From positions 12,895-76,894 of the forward strand of contig JBGSJJ010000009.1 in NCBI GenBank assembly GCA_041742075.1: DNA of 64,000 nucleotides. The letters are read 5' to 3'. The notes beneath the pieces are model-generated. The model saw only the letters and a list, made by a program, of their open reading frames with translations. It did no database searches and was not told where the DNA came from. Source of the stretch: Minisyncoccia bacterium. Its GTDB lineage: Bacteria; Patescibacteriota; Minisyncoccia; Phycocordibacterales; UBA918. Positions 8,711 through 17,913 of this stretch are shown here, in pieces (positions within the stretch are counted from its first letter, which is position 1; each line of letters begins with the position of its first letter). The translations under genes were made by a program, and so were the position numbers.

Positions 8711-10176
8711 GTATCTGTCCTTATTTTCACGTTCACCAACCATACCGGGTGAAGCGGTATCGTGTTTTTGATATTGGCAACGATACTGAGTATTTTAATG
8801 ACTCAGGCACGAGCGATCTTAACAACCGCAAAATTATCGACAAGGTGGCTGAGAAGTCGTATCGACCAATGAATCGACTGCTTGGTGAATTACTTGAAAC
8901 ACATCCTGAGTTCCGGTTTGCACTTTCGTTTTCTGGAACAGTTCTTGATCAGTTTGAAGCGTATGCGCCTGATGTGCTCGAAAGTTACCAAAAGCTGGTC
9001 GCAACTGGTCGGGTAGAGATTTTGGCTGACACGTATCACCACTCACTGTCTTTTTTCTATTCAGTGCCAGAGTTTGAAAGGCAGGTCGCTAAGCATGCGA
9101 AGCGTATTAAAGAATTGTTTGACTATACACCAAGAGTTTTTCGAAACACTGAGTTGTCGTATCGAAACGACCTTGGTAAGTGGTGTGAAGACAACGGTTA
9201 CTTAGGGATTATGGCTGAAGGCTGGGAGCCGGTACTCGGGTGGCGAAGCCCAAACTATTTGTACCATCCACCAGGCTGCAATAAAATTAAAATTCTCTTA
9301 AAGAACTACAAACTCTCAGACGATATTGCGTTTCGTTTCGGTAATCGGGGATGGACAAGTTGGCCTCTCTCAGCAGAGACGTATCGCGACTGGGTACTTG
9401 CTCACCACGGAGACGGAAACACCATTAATCTCTTTATGGATTACGAAACCTTTGGTGAGCACCAATGGGAAGATACCGGTATCTTTAATTTTATGCGCGC
9501 TCTTCCAGGGATGCTTCTTGAACATCCTGATACGACGTTTAAAACACCAACCGAAACCGTACTTTCGTATCCGGCAGTCGGTGAACTTGATGTGCCAAGC
9601 GTGCTTACCTGGGCCGACACCGACCGGGACTTAACCGCTTGGACAGGCAACGATATTCAAAAGGATGCGCTCGCGCGTACCTACGCGCTTGAAGAGCCCG
9701 TCTTAGCAACTGAGGATGAAGTCATGATTGAAGTGTGGCGAAAACTTACGACCTCCGATCACTTCTATTATATGTGTACTAAGTGGTCAGCTGATGGTGA
9801 TGTGCATGCGTACTTCAGTCCGTACCAATCCCCATATGATGCATATGTCGCTTTCATGAATGCGATAAGTGATTTACAATTACGTATAACACATGCGCAT
9901 TCAGTGAAAGCGAAAGCTAACGCCGATGCGATGGAGTTGGAGGAAAAAAGAGAAGTGGTACAAGTGCCAGTTGTTTCCTATGAAGAACCAATGAGCATCG
10001 TCCGTCAAATATATGAATGGATTATCAAAACAAGCAAACAAGTCCAGCGTTCTTTACAAGTTCATTTTAAATCATTTTATGCCAACCCAAAAAATCCAGG
10101 TCGAAAAACCAGTAAAAAAAGTAGCAGCCAAAAAATCAGTAGTAGTAAAAAAGCCAGCAGTCGCAAAGGTAGCTAA
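8704..10176 (+). CDS. Glycoside hydrolase family 57 (alpha-amylase-like)
   Basis: FHVHQP, FRNTEL (nucleophile Glu), LSDDIAFRF, DYETFGEHQ and TSDHFYYM motifs. Confidence 0.92.
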   Translation: MLSICPYFHVHQPYRVKRYRVFDIGNDTEYFNDSGTSDLNNRKIIDKVAEKSYRPMNRLLGELLETHPEFRFALSFSGTVLDQFEAYAPDVLESYQKLVATGRVEILADTYHHSLSFFYSVPEFERQVAKHAKRIKELFDYTPRVFRNTELSYRNDLGKWCEDNGYLGIMAEGWEPVLGWRSPNYLYHPPGCNKIKILLKNYKLSDDIAFRFGNRGWTSWPLSAETYRDWVLAHHGDGNTINLFMDYETFGEHQWEDTGIFNFMRALPGMLLEHPDTTFKTPTETVLSYPAVGELDVPSVLTWADTDRDLTAWTGNDIQKDALARTYALEEPVLATEDEVMIEVWRKLTTSDHFYYMCTKWSADGDVHAYFSPYQSPYDAYVAFMNAISDLQLRITHAHSVKAKANADAMELEEKREVVQVPVVSYEEPMSIVRQIYEWIIKTSKQVQRSLQVHFKSFYANPKNPGRKTSKKSSSQKISSSKKASSRKGS

Positions 10177-10489
10177 AAAGGCTGTTGCCAAAAAAGTAGC
10201 GAAGCCAAAAGCTGACTCTGCCAAAAAACTCATCCGAGCTAAAGAGAGTGAGTGTTTTTGGACTACAGATGGCCACATCCTGCGTGACTTATCTCAATTA
10301 GAGCAGGCACTGAAAGCTATGAACGCAAAAGTTTTTAGTCATCACGTACAGGCTGGTAAAAACGACTTTGCTGATTGGGTTGAGTATATCCTTGAGGATG
10401 TCTCTTGTGCCCAAGAACTGCGAAAAACTAAAACCTTAGCACAGACTCATAAAGTTGTTGTAAAGCATCTTAAGACCTACAAAATTTAA
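10079..10489 (+). CDS. Lys/Ala/Val-rich N-terminus fused to a DUF5752-like domain
   Basis: Probable start MPTQK at 10079, KKVAAKK-type repeats, then FWTTDG..L..L..L..AL..M....F.HHV...KNDFADWV. Confidence 0.7.
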   Translation: MPTQKIQVEKPVKKVAAKKSVVVKKPAVAKVAKKAVAKKVAKPKADSAKKLIRAKESECFWTTDGHILRDLSQLEQALKAMNAKVFSHHVQAGKNDFADWVEYILEDVSCAQELRKTKTLAQTHKVVVKHLKTYKI

Positions 10490-10494
10490 TTTGT

Positions 10495-12468
10495 ATGGCA
10501 CGTGCGGTTACGCTTGGAAATGGAAATATCTTAGTTGGACTTGACTATAAAGGTCAGGTGCGTGACTTGTATTTCCCGCACGTCGGACACAGTAATCACG
10601 TCAGTGGTGCCAGTGGTAGCTTTGTACACAGAATTGGAATTTACGTTGACGAGAAATTGGTTTGGTTTGACGACCCAAGTTGGAAAATAACGGTAAATTC
10701 TGATGATGATGCGCCAGTCGGCATAGTGCATGCGGTCAACGCGGAACTCGAAGTCACCTTAGTTTCTACTGACGTCGTTCATAATGAAGATAATATTTTT
10801 TTACGCTCATTTATTCTCCAGAATGATGCAAAGGAAGAACGGGAGATAAAAGTTTTTTTTGCCCAACAATTTCGAATTGACGAATCAAGACGTGGTGACA
10901 CCGGCTTCTATGACCCACGCGTCGGGGCACTTATACACTACAAGGGACACACGACACTGCTCGTGAACGCATTTCATAAAAATGAACAGTTTGAAGATTA
11001 CAATATCGGTCTTTTTGGTATAGAGGGGAAGGAGGGGACATATCATGACGCGAGTGATGGAGTTTTGGAGAGAAACCCGGTTGAGCACGGTTCGGTTGAT
11101 TCTGTGATTGGTCTGACGGTTCAACTTAAGAGCGAAGCACAAACGACACTGACCTACTGGATAGCCTGCGGAGAGACAATCGACGATGTGCACGACTTAA
11201 ACGCACTCGTGATCCACAAGACTCCGGAGGCACTTATTTTGACGACAACCAAGTACTGGAATGCCTGGATGAGTAAAAACGATCGTGATTTAAATATTCT
11301 GGCGCCGGAACTTCAAAAATTGTACCGTCGCTCGCTTGCTACTATCCGCGTTCATTCAGACAACGACGGAGCCATTATTGCGTCAAGCGATACCGGGATG
11401 CTTCATCATGGACGAGATACCTACAGTTATGTGTGGCCACGAGATGCTTCTTTGATCGCAAACGCGCTTGATAAGGTTGGGTACGGAGACGTGGCCGAGC
11501 GTTACTTTACGTTTATCACGAGCAAGATTGATAGAAAAGGCTATCTCCACCATAAGTATCGCTCCGATGGCGTGCTTGGCAGTTCATGGCACCCGTGGAT
11601 GATTGACGGTCGTCCGGGTTTACCAATCCAAGAAGACGAAACCGCCCTCACACTTACGATGTTGTGGCAACATTACCTCATCTCAAAAGATATCGAGTAT
11701 TTGGAATCAAAGTATGACAGCTTCATCGAGCCAGCGGCTGACTTTATGGTGGAACACTTTGAGTCGGCTTATGGACTGCCGAGTGCCTCGTATGACTTAT
11801 GGGAAGAAAAGTATGGCACTAGTACTTACACCGCCTGTTCGGTCTATGCTGCGCTTGCATCAGCCACGCAGTGTGCGCTTCTTTTGGGTAAAGAAGAACG
11901 CGCCCGCACCTATAGTGTGATTGCTGAACGTATCCAAGCCGGTATCCTTGAGCACTTGTATAGTGAGGAGCTGGGAATGTTTGTGAAGCATGTAAAGATT
12001 GTTGACGATGAAATCGTAGCGGTTGATCGAACTATCGACATGAGTAGTTTCTTTGGACCTATTTTCTTTGGAGTAATAGAGGTGGGCGATGCACGAGTGA
12101 AGAAGTCATTTGCCACTATCGAAGCGACGCTTCGCGTTGACGCTGCGAGTGCCGGGTATGTACGCTATCAGCATGACAACTACTACACGATGCACGAGAC
12201 AGGCTCTCCAAACCCGTGGGTCATTACCACTCTGTGGGTGGCTCAGTATCATATTATGAAAGCAAAAAAGATTGGCGACTTGAAAACTGCCTATGAGCTC
12301 CTCGAGTGGACGTGTTCACATGCCTCAGAAGGGGGTGTACTTTCAGAACAAATGCATCCGCAAACGCGTGAGCATCTTTCGACAGCACCCCTTATTTGGA
12401 GTCATGCTGAGTTTGTTGTAACCGCAGATGCGTATATCCTTAAGCATCAAGAATTATCGGGAGCGTAA
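10495..12468 (+). CDS. Glycoside hydrolase family 15 (glucoamylase-like)
   Basis: GAIIAS, YSYVWPRDAS, SYDLWEE, LSEQ and PLIWSHAEF motifs. Confidence 0.92.
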   Translation: MARAVTLGNGNILVGLDYKGQVRDLYFPHVGHSNHVSGASGSFVHRIGIYVDEKLVWFDDPSWKITVNSDDDAPVGIVHAVNAELEVTLVSTDVVHNEDNIFLRSFILQNDAKEEREIKVFFAQQFRIDESRRGDTGFYDPRVGALIHYKGHTTLLVNAFHKNEQFEDYNIGLFGIEGKEGTYHDASDGVLERNPVEHGSVDSVIGLTVQLKSEAQTTLTYWIACGETIDDVHDLNALVIHKTPEALILTTTKYWNAWMSKNDRDLNILAPELQKLYRRSLATIRVHSDNDGAIIASSDTGMLHHGRDTYSYVWPRDASLIANALDKVGYGDVAERYFTFITSKIDRKGYLHHKYRSDGVLGSSWHPWMIDGRPGLPIQEDETALTLTMLWQHYLISKDIEYLESKYDSFIEPAADFMVEHFESAYGLPSASYDLWEEKYGTSTYTACSVYAALASATQCALLLGKEERARTYSVIAERIQAGILEHLYSEELGMFVKHVKIVDDEIVAVDRTIDMSSFFGPIFFGVIEVGDARVKKSFATIEATLRVDAASAGYVRYQHDNYYTMHETGSPNPWVITTLWVAQYHIMKAKKIGDLKTAYELLEWTCSHASEGGVLSEQMHPQTREHLSTAPLIWSHAEFVVTADAYILKHQELSGA

Positions 12469-13271
12469 CGTTTTGACCAAAAGCCTAACTGAAAAGGAAG
12501 TTTCTGATAGTTGCCTATGATTGTTCGGTCGATGCTATAGGCCAGACCAATCGTTCCGCATTCACGAGCGATAACTTCAGCTAAGGTCCGCATGTACGTA
12601 CCAGAGGAAGCAATACAGGTAAAGGTAGCAATTTGAAACGTGTCACTGGTGGGTGTACCGAGAAAGGATTCCCAGGAAGCGCGCACATCGACACGTCTGA
12701 AGTCAGCCCCAAGTGCCTTTCGTTCGTCGGTAACTAGCTTGATACTGTTTATTTTTAAAAGCGCATCTCGAGTCAGGTCAGTTTTTTTAAGAGTACGTAA
12801 TTGTTGCAATTGAAGTTTATAAATCGTTGAGTCCTTAGTGGGGATTTCAATTTCGCTGAGTCGACCCTCGAGGGTCCAGGTATGGAGCGGTTTACCTTGT
12901 ACGGTCTTGGAGGAGAAGTGTGGGTAGGGAAGCGAGATGTGCCCGGTGAGTTTCGCAGTAACCGCCTTGAGACGGGCTTCGTCTACGGAAGGGGCGTTTT
13001 GCCACGAAAGCAGACCGAGGACGTCAGCAGTGTCTGAAGCAACACCAAAAAGTACTTCAAAAGTGTACTCCTTATCAAGAGCGTGGTACTTTTCCTGAAC
13101 TTTGCATTCATCGTCCACGAGCACCAAAAGTGCTCCCGAAGCCATGGGGTCAAGTCGGCCAGCGTAGGCCATCGGGACGCTTTGGTATTCGCTATGCGAA
13201 GCTTTATACGCCTCCAGAACTTCAAGTGGGGTTTGGCCGACAGCTTTGTGTAACACTAAAAAATCTCGCAT
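12447..13271 (-). CDS. truB: tRNA pseudouridine(55) synthase TruB-like
   Basis: YAGRLDPMASG with catalytic Asp, KEY, FSSKTVQGKPL and SSGTYMRTL motifs. Confidence 0.85.
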   Translation of the reverse strand: MRDFLVLHKAVGQTPLEVLEAYKASHSEYQSVPMAYAGRLDPMASGALLVLVDDECKVQEKYHALDKEYTFEVLFGVASDTADVLGLLSWQNAPSVDEARLKAVTAKLTGHISLPYPHFSSKTVQGKPLHTWTLEGRLSEIEIPTKDSTIYKLQLQQLRTLKKTDLTRDALLKINSIKLVTDERKALGADFRRVDVRASWESFLGTPTSDTFQIATFTCIASSGTYMRTLAEVIARECGTIGLAYSIDRTIIGNYQKLPFQLGFWSKRYAPDNS

Positions 13272-13305
13272 TAGAGAGAGTCTAACACGAGATTAGGGTA
13301 GTTGG

Positions 13306-13329
13306 GGACGGCCCGCTTACGGGCCGTCC
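13306..13329 (-). terminator. GC-rich hairpin downstream of 13336..13785
   Basis: GGACGGCCCG-ctta-CGGGCCGTCC, with no clear U-tract. Confidence 0.5.
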
Positions 13330-13335
13330 GAGCGT

Positions 13336-13785
13336 TTATTCACTTTGCAGCGAGTCCAAGCCACACTCTCTGAGCAGTCCTGTTGCCAGGGTGTCGTAGG
13401 TCATCGGAGCGATAGAAAAATCCGAACTGAAGATAATGACGATGTTTTCCTCGGGACGGTCGGAAATAAATTCATCGTACACCACGGCGTACTCGACGAG
13501 CTCGTAGATGCGAGATTCTTTTGAATACAATCGTCTAAGAACGGGCTCGCAGATGAAGACGCCATCCTCCGCGAGGTAGCCACCTAAACCAACGAATTCA
13601 AACAAACTGTATGGCTCAAACGTACCCATGCCATCGTCGTTTATCCAGGCGATGACTTCGGTGTAAACCTCTACAACCGTTGTTGATTCTTGACTGAGCG
13701 GCGTAGGTGCCACTGGGTTTGGTGCGTAGGCGAAAGCTGGAAGGGAAGAAAGACCGAGCAGAGCGAGAGCTATAAGGGCCTGCAT
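13336..13785 (-). CDS. Secreted acidic hypothetical protein
   Basis: Signal peptide MQALIALALLGLSSLPAFA and a GAGG SD. Confidence 0.65.
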   Translation of the reverse strand: MQALIALALLGLSSLPAFAYAPNPVAPTPLSQESTTVVEVYTEVIAWINDDGMGTFEPYSLFEFVGLGGYLAEDGVFICEPVLRRLYSKESRIYELVEYAVVYDEFISDRPEENIVIIFSSDFSIAPMTYDTLATGLLRECGLDSLQSE

Positions 13786-13889
13786 GCATGTGTATCCTCA
13801 ACAAGTGGTTTGGGTTTTTTCCCGCACCTTCTAAAGTAGAACTATAGCACATTTTATACAATAAGTAAAGTGCATGGAATGCCTCATTG

Positions 13890-14852
13890 CTACTCAGTAT
13901 CGTCTTCATCTTCGATTTCGAACTGAATGATTTCTTCAATAATGTCTTCGAGAGTAATCAGACCAAGGTATTGGGAGTTTTTGGTTTTCACAATCGCCAT
14001 ATGCTTTCGTTTTTTAAGCATGGCTGCGAGTACAACGTCGAGATTTTCGCTTGGAGAGACTGAGAGGAAATTCCGTTCCAAGGCTTCAGTGGTTTGACCG
14101 AGTGGTATGTCATCATCTTCGCCAAGTAGATCTTTAGTATATAAAATTCCGACAATATTCTCTTGGTTGCCACTATAAACCGGGTAGCGAGAGTAGTTGT
14201 GCTCGTTTATGACCGCAATAAGTTCAGGGGTGAGTCGTTCGTTTATTTCAAATGCATGTACGAGTTCTTTTGGTGTCATGACTTCCCGTACTGTTTTGTG
14301 AGAAAACTGGAGGGCACCGTGTACGATACGCTCCTCGTCTTGATCTATAGTGCTATGTTCAGAATCTTCATGTTCAGACACAATCTCCATTATCTCAAAC
14401 TTACTGTACATGGCAGGCACTTCTTGACCGAGTAGTCTATCTAGAAGTCGAGCTATGGGATACGTGATAGGACTTGTAATGATGAGAAGTATCCGTACAT
14501 AGGGTGAAGCAATAGCACCAAAACGAAGAGCGTGCCTGGCAAAAGCCGCCTGAGGAAGAATTTCACCAAAAATAAAAATAAGCACTGTTGCAAAAAGTGC
14601 CGCTAAGGCACCACTGGCGATACTCGAGAGGTAGACCGAGAGGATGGTATTTACTGCTACGTTACCAAGCAGTAAGGTTGTGAGTAATTGGTTACTATTT
14701 TCCCTTACCTTAAGGACACGGATAGCGTCTTGGTTACCATGCTTGGCCTGCCTTCGTAAGGTTTGTTTATGCAATGAAAAATACCCGAGTGTTAATCCTG
14801 AAAAACAAGCGGAAAGAAAAATAAGTACTAGCGAAACAAGGTAAATAGTCAT
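13890..14852 (-). CDS. CNNM/DUF21-CBS domain Mg2+/Co2+ transporter (CorB/TlyC-like)
   Basis: FSGLTLG, LLLGNVAVN, FGEILPQ, TVREVMTP, YSRYPVY and GLITLEDIIEEI motifs. Confidence 0.92.
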   Translation of the reverse strand: MTIYLVSLVLIFLSACFSGLTLGYFSLHKQTLRRQAKHGNQDAIRVLKVRENSNQLLTTLLLGNVAVNTILSVYLSSIASGALAALFATVLIFIFGEILPQAAFARHALRFGAIASPYVRILLIITSPITYPIARLLDRLLGQEVPAMYSKFEIMEIVSEHEDSEHSTIDQDEERIVHGALQFSHKTVREVMTPKELVHAFEINERLTPELIAVINEHNYSRYPVYSGNQENIVGILYTKDLLGEDDDIPLGQTTEALERNFLSVSPSENLDVVLAAMLKKRKHMAIVKTKNSQYLGLITLEDIIEEIIQFEIEDEDDTE

Positions 14853-14879
14853 GAATACTGGGATACTAGCTTTCTTTAG

Positions 14880-14948
14880 TTACGACAAGAAAGCATTCAC
14901 CATGAGGAGTAGTATAAACCCGCCTAAAACGAGCAAAACTGTTTTCAT
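14880..14948 (-). CDS. Unannotated 22-aa hydrophobic peptide upstream of the CNNM gene
   Basis: TGATATACT extended -10, 9 nt, then ATG. Translation MKTVLLVLGGFILLLMVNAFLS*. Confidence 0.5.
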   Translation of the reverse strand: MKTVLLVLGGFILLLMVNAFLS

Positions 14949-14974
14949 ACGTTCTAAAGTATATCACAGCAAAA

Positions 14975-14998
14975 GGGCGTGCCGATAGCGGCACGCCC
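14975..14998 (-). terminator. Intrinsic terminator of 15027..15482
   Basis: GGGCGTGCCG-atag-CGGCACGCCC preceded by AAAA, which is a U-tract on the minus strand. Confidence 0.75.
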
Positions 14999-15026
14999 CA
15001 CAGATAGGTGGTGGCAGATGATCGTG

Positions 15027-15482
15027 TTAGGAGACCATGTTCAGGTATTCAGGGCGGTTGTATTGTTTCCAACACGCGCTTGATTCCGCCCAGGGTTGCA
15101 GTTTTCCTTGGTCATAGAGTATTCGTACGAACCTGAAGTAATCAGCATCATAGTGGGGGTTAAGCCCGCGACGCTGTAGTTCTTCGTCATGCAAACCCAT
15201 CAGCACTTGAAAGACACCCCGTGCGCTTCCGCCGGTCTCATTGCGCTTCAGTGAACCGTCTGGTTCTCTATGGACAAGGCCGGCCGATTCGCAATTGGCG
15301 ACAAACAGCATGATAGGAGCATCAGGAAAGACCTGCTGGATTTTCTCCGCGATTTTTCTGCCTTCTGCTGACAGGTTGAGTCCTGCCAGTTTGGTCACGG
15401 TTTGTGTATCGGCTGATAGGGGAGATGCAAGCATCACCGCCAACAGACACACGATCTGTGACCATCTTCGATGTACATTCAA
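15027..15482 (-). CDS. Secreted lysozyme-fold (SLT/lytic transglycosylase-like) protein
   Basis: Signal peptide, VANCES (catalytic Glu), SARGVFQ and QPWAESSACW motifs. Confidence 0.7.
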   Translation of the reverse strand: MNVHRRWSQIVCLLAVMLASPLSADTQTVTKLAGLNLSAEGRKIAEKIQQVFPDAPIMLFVANCESAGLVHREPDGSLKRNETGGSARGVFQVLMGLHDEELQRRGLNPHYDADYFRFVRILYDQGKLQPWAESSACWKQYNRPEYLNMVS

Positions 15483-15606
15483 CGTTCCGTTCCTTAGATG
15501 GCTTTAGAAACGGCGGCAAAAAACCTAAATTTTCTGCTACCAAACCTTATGACGAGTAAAGGTGCTGTTTCTTACCGAGGTCGGTGTTCGTGGTACTGTA
15601 GGGTAT

Positions 15607-16329
15607 ATGTATATCGTGATTTCTGTATTTATAACCGCTCTGGTTTTGGGTGCGGTTTTGGTCTATACCGACAGTTTTCGCTTACTTAAGACTATTTGGT
15701 TGATTTCAAGTGTGGCCCCGTATGAACAAATAGTTCCAAATGCGCCGGTGATTCTGGTCTTGGGAGATAGTACTGGCTATGGTACTGGTGCTAAGGACAA
15801 TACCAAAAGTATTGCCGGCCGGATGGGTAGTGATTTTCCTACCTACACTATCGTCAACAGAAGTGTTAATGGTCGCACGATTAAGGATGCGCTCCTCGAA
15901 ATACGAACGTTTCCTGATGAGAAAAAGTATCATCTTATCCTACTGCAACTTGGGGGAAACGATATCTTACAAAAGCGTCCGGTCAGTGTAGTAAAAAGTG
16001 AGTTAGAAATTTTGCGCGAAGAAGCTCTCAAGCGAGCGACCACTGTGGTCCTTATGACCTCTGGCAACGTCGGTGGAGCGCCAGCTTTTAAAGGTAAAGA
16101 AGCGCGCGACTACGAGGCGCGCACCCGGGAATTGCGAGCAATTGCAGAGTCTATTTTTGCAACTCCCGAGGCGCGGTATGTTGATCTTTTTTTAGAGCCT
16201 GAACAGGACATTATTGCCCAGAGTCCAAAAGTCTATCTTGCTTTTGATGGACTTCATCCAAACGAAGTGGGGTATGGGGTTTGGTATGAATCACTCAAAC
16301 TAGTTTTAGTGGAGATACTTAAAAAGTAG
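15607..16329 (+). CDS. SGNH/GDSL hydrolase, membrane anchored
   Basis: LGDSTGYG, GGND and DGLHP blocks, with an N-terminal TM helix. Confidence 0.9.
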   Translation: MYIVISVFITALVLGAVLVYTDSFRLLKTIWLISSVAPYEQIVPNAPVILVLGDSTGYGTGAKDNTKSIAGRMGSDFPTYTIVNRSVNGRTIKDALLEIRTFPDEKKYHLILLQLGGNDILQKRPVSVVKSELEILREEALKRATTVVLMTSGNVGGAPAFKGKEARDYEARTRELRAIAESIFATPEARYVDLFLEPEQDIIAQSPKVYLAFDGLHPNEVGYGVWYESLKLVLVEILKK

Positions 16330-16334
16330 TACCA

Positions 16335-16367
16335 CAAAAGACCGGCGCCAAGGGCGCCGGTCTTTTG
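16335..16367. terminator. Bidirectional intrinsic terminator
   Basis: CAAAAGACCGGCGCC-aag-GGCGCCGGTCTTTTG between convergent genes. Confidence 0.85.
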
Positions 16368-16383
16368 TTCTATGAGTTACTGA

Positions 16384-17739
16384 TTACACATTTTGTACGA
16401 AAGAAAGCGCAATGCCTTTTTCTGCGCCACGGCCAGTTCGACCGATGCGGTGTACGTAATCTTCAAAGGTGTTTGGTAGGTCGTAGTTGATAACGTGTGA
16501 GACGTTGTCTACGTGGATACCACGGGCAGCTACATCAGTTGCTACTAGGACACGCACGTTTCCACTCTTGAAACGCTTAAGAGCATGTTGTCGTTGACCA
16601 TGAGACTTATTACCATGGATAGCATCAGCTTTGATGCCAGCGCTGGTTAGTTCTTGGCTTAGTTTTTCAACACTGTGCTTCATAGCACCGAAGACAAGTA
16701 CTCGCTTGAGTGATTCGTCACCGAGGAGTTTTACCAGGGTGTCGAACTTGTCATGGTGATGATACGCCACTACGTCTTGGAAGATACTATTCGTAACGTC
16801 TTTCTTTTTTACCGAAATAGTAATCGGGTCACGGAGGAAGTCGCTCACGAGCTTCTCGATTTCTTTTGACATAGTCGCTGAGAAGAACAGTGTTTCATGA
16901 TCTGCCGGGATGTCTTCAAGAATCTTGCGCATGTCATGGATAAATCCCATGTCGAGCATTCGGTCAGCTTCGTCTAGTACGACAGTTCGAATGTCTTGCG
17001 GGCGAAGGTTACCTCGTTCCATCAAGTCCATGACGCGTCCCGGAGTTCCGATAATGAAGTGGTTCTTGCGTCGTAGGCCTTGGATTTGGGGACGAATGTT
17101 GGTTCCGCCAACACACACGGTTGAATAGAGCTTATTGCCTTCACTAAACTTGCGTAGCTCTTCCTGAATCTGGAGCGCTAGTTCACGGGTTGGGGCAAGA
17201 ATAAGCGTTTGCCTGCTGTATTCCTTAAGGGTCTTGTGAATGAGGGGTAAGAGAAAGGCTGCTGTTTTACCTGTACCAGTTTGTGCGAGACCAATGACGT
17301 CGCGTCCTTCCATGATGTATGGAATAACTTGGTCTTGGATTGGTGAGGGGACAGTGAGTCCATGTGCAAGCACTGCTGACACGAGTCTTTTCTCTAAACC
17401 AAAATCAGTAAAGTTGTGCTTTGGTACGTAGACTTCTTCCGATACTTCAACCGGATTGGTGTTGATAAACTTTGATGGGTCGAAGGTAGGCATTTTTCGG
17501 CCTCCTCGTCCACCACTACTGCGTCCACCGCCACCACCGCGATTGTTACCAAAGTAGCTACTGCCACCACTGCTTCGGCCACCTTGGCCTCGGTCGCGAC
17601 TGCCGCCACCACTACTGTGTGATGAACGTCCACCTCGACTACCGCCTGACTGAGGGGTGCTTGAATAAGGTGTTCGTCTTCGGGCGCTTCCACCACGAGA
17701 ATCTCCTTGCCGACTTGGTCGGTATGTTCGTTGTTCCAT
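16384..17739 (-). CDS. DEAD-box RNA helicase with RGG/RS-rich N-terminus
   Basis: Q motif, AQTGTGKT, PTRELA, TPGR, DEAD, SAT and HRIGRTGR motifs. Confidence 0.96.
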   Translation of the reverse strand: MEQRTYRPSRQGDSRGGSARRRTPYSSTPQSGGSRGGRSSHSSGGGSRDRGQGGRSSGGSSYFGNNRGGGGGRSSGGRGGRKMPTFDPSKFINTNPVEVSEEVYVPKHNFTDFGLEKRLVSAVLAHGLTVPSPIQDQVIPYIMEGRDVIGLAQTGTGKTAAFLLPLIHKTLKEYSRQTLILAPTRELALQIQEELRKFSEGNKLYSTVCVGGTNIRPQIQGLRRKNHFIIGTPGRVMDLMERGNLRPQDIRTVVLDEADRMLDMGFIHDMRKILEDIPADHETLFFSATMSKEIEKLVSDFLRDPITISVKKKDVTNSIFQDVVAYHHHDKFDTLVKLLGDESLKRVLVFGAMKHSVEKLSQELTSAGIKADAIHGNKSHGQRQHALKRFKSGNVRVLVATDVAARGIHVDNVSHVINYDLPNTFEDYVHRIGRTGRGAEKGIALSFVQNV

Positions 17740-17877
17740 TGTTGTCTTTATATGTATTAAGGAAAAAGCGTCATTTTATAAAAAATGCACTGTTTCCAGG
17801 GCTGTGCAGGAAAAATAATCAAAGGCGCAAGTGTGCGCCGTACCCAAGAGCCCTACACGAGTATCTCAAGTCCAGAT

Positions 17878-17906
17878 AATGTAACACGTAACTGCTTTGC
17901 AGTCAA
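17878..17906 (-). promoter_or_regulatory. Sigma70 promoter for the DEAD-box helicase, giving a 5' UTR of about 130 nt
   Basis: Minus strand TTGACT-17-TACATT with a TG extension. Confidence 0.65.
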
Positions 17907-17913
17907 TGTACAG

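Noticed and set aside
17500-17700. CCACCA/CTACCG-type repeats
   Set aside because: They simply encode the Gly/Arg/Ser-rich tail of the DEAD-box helicase
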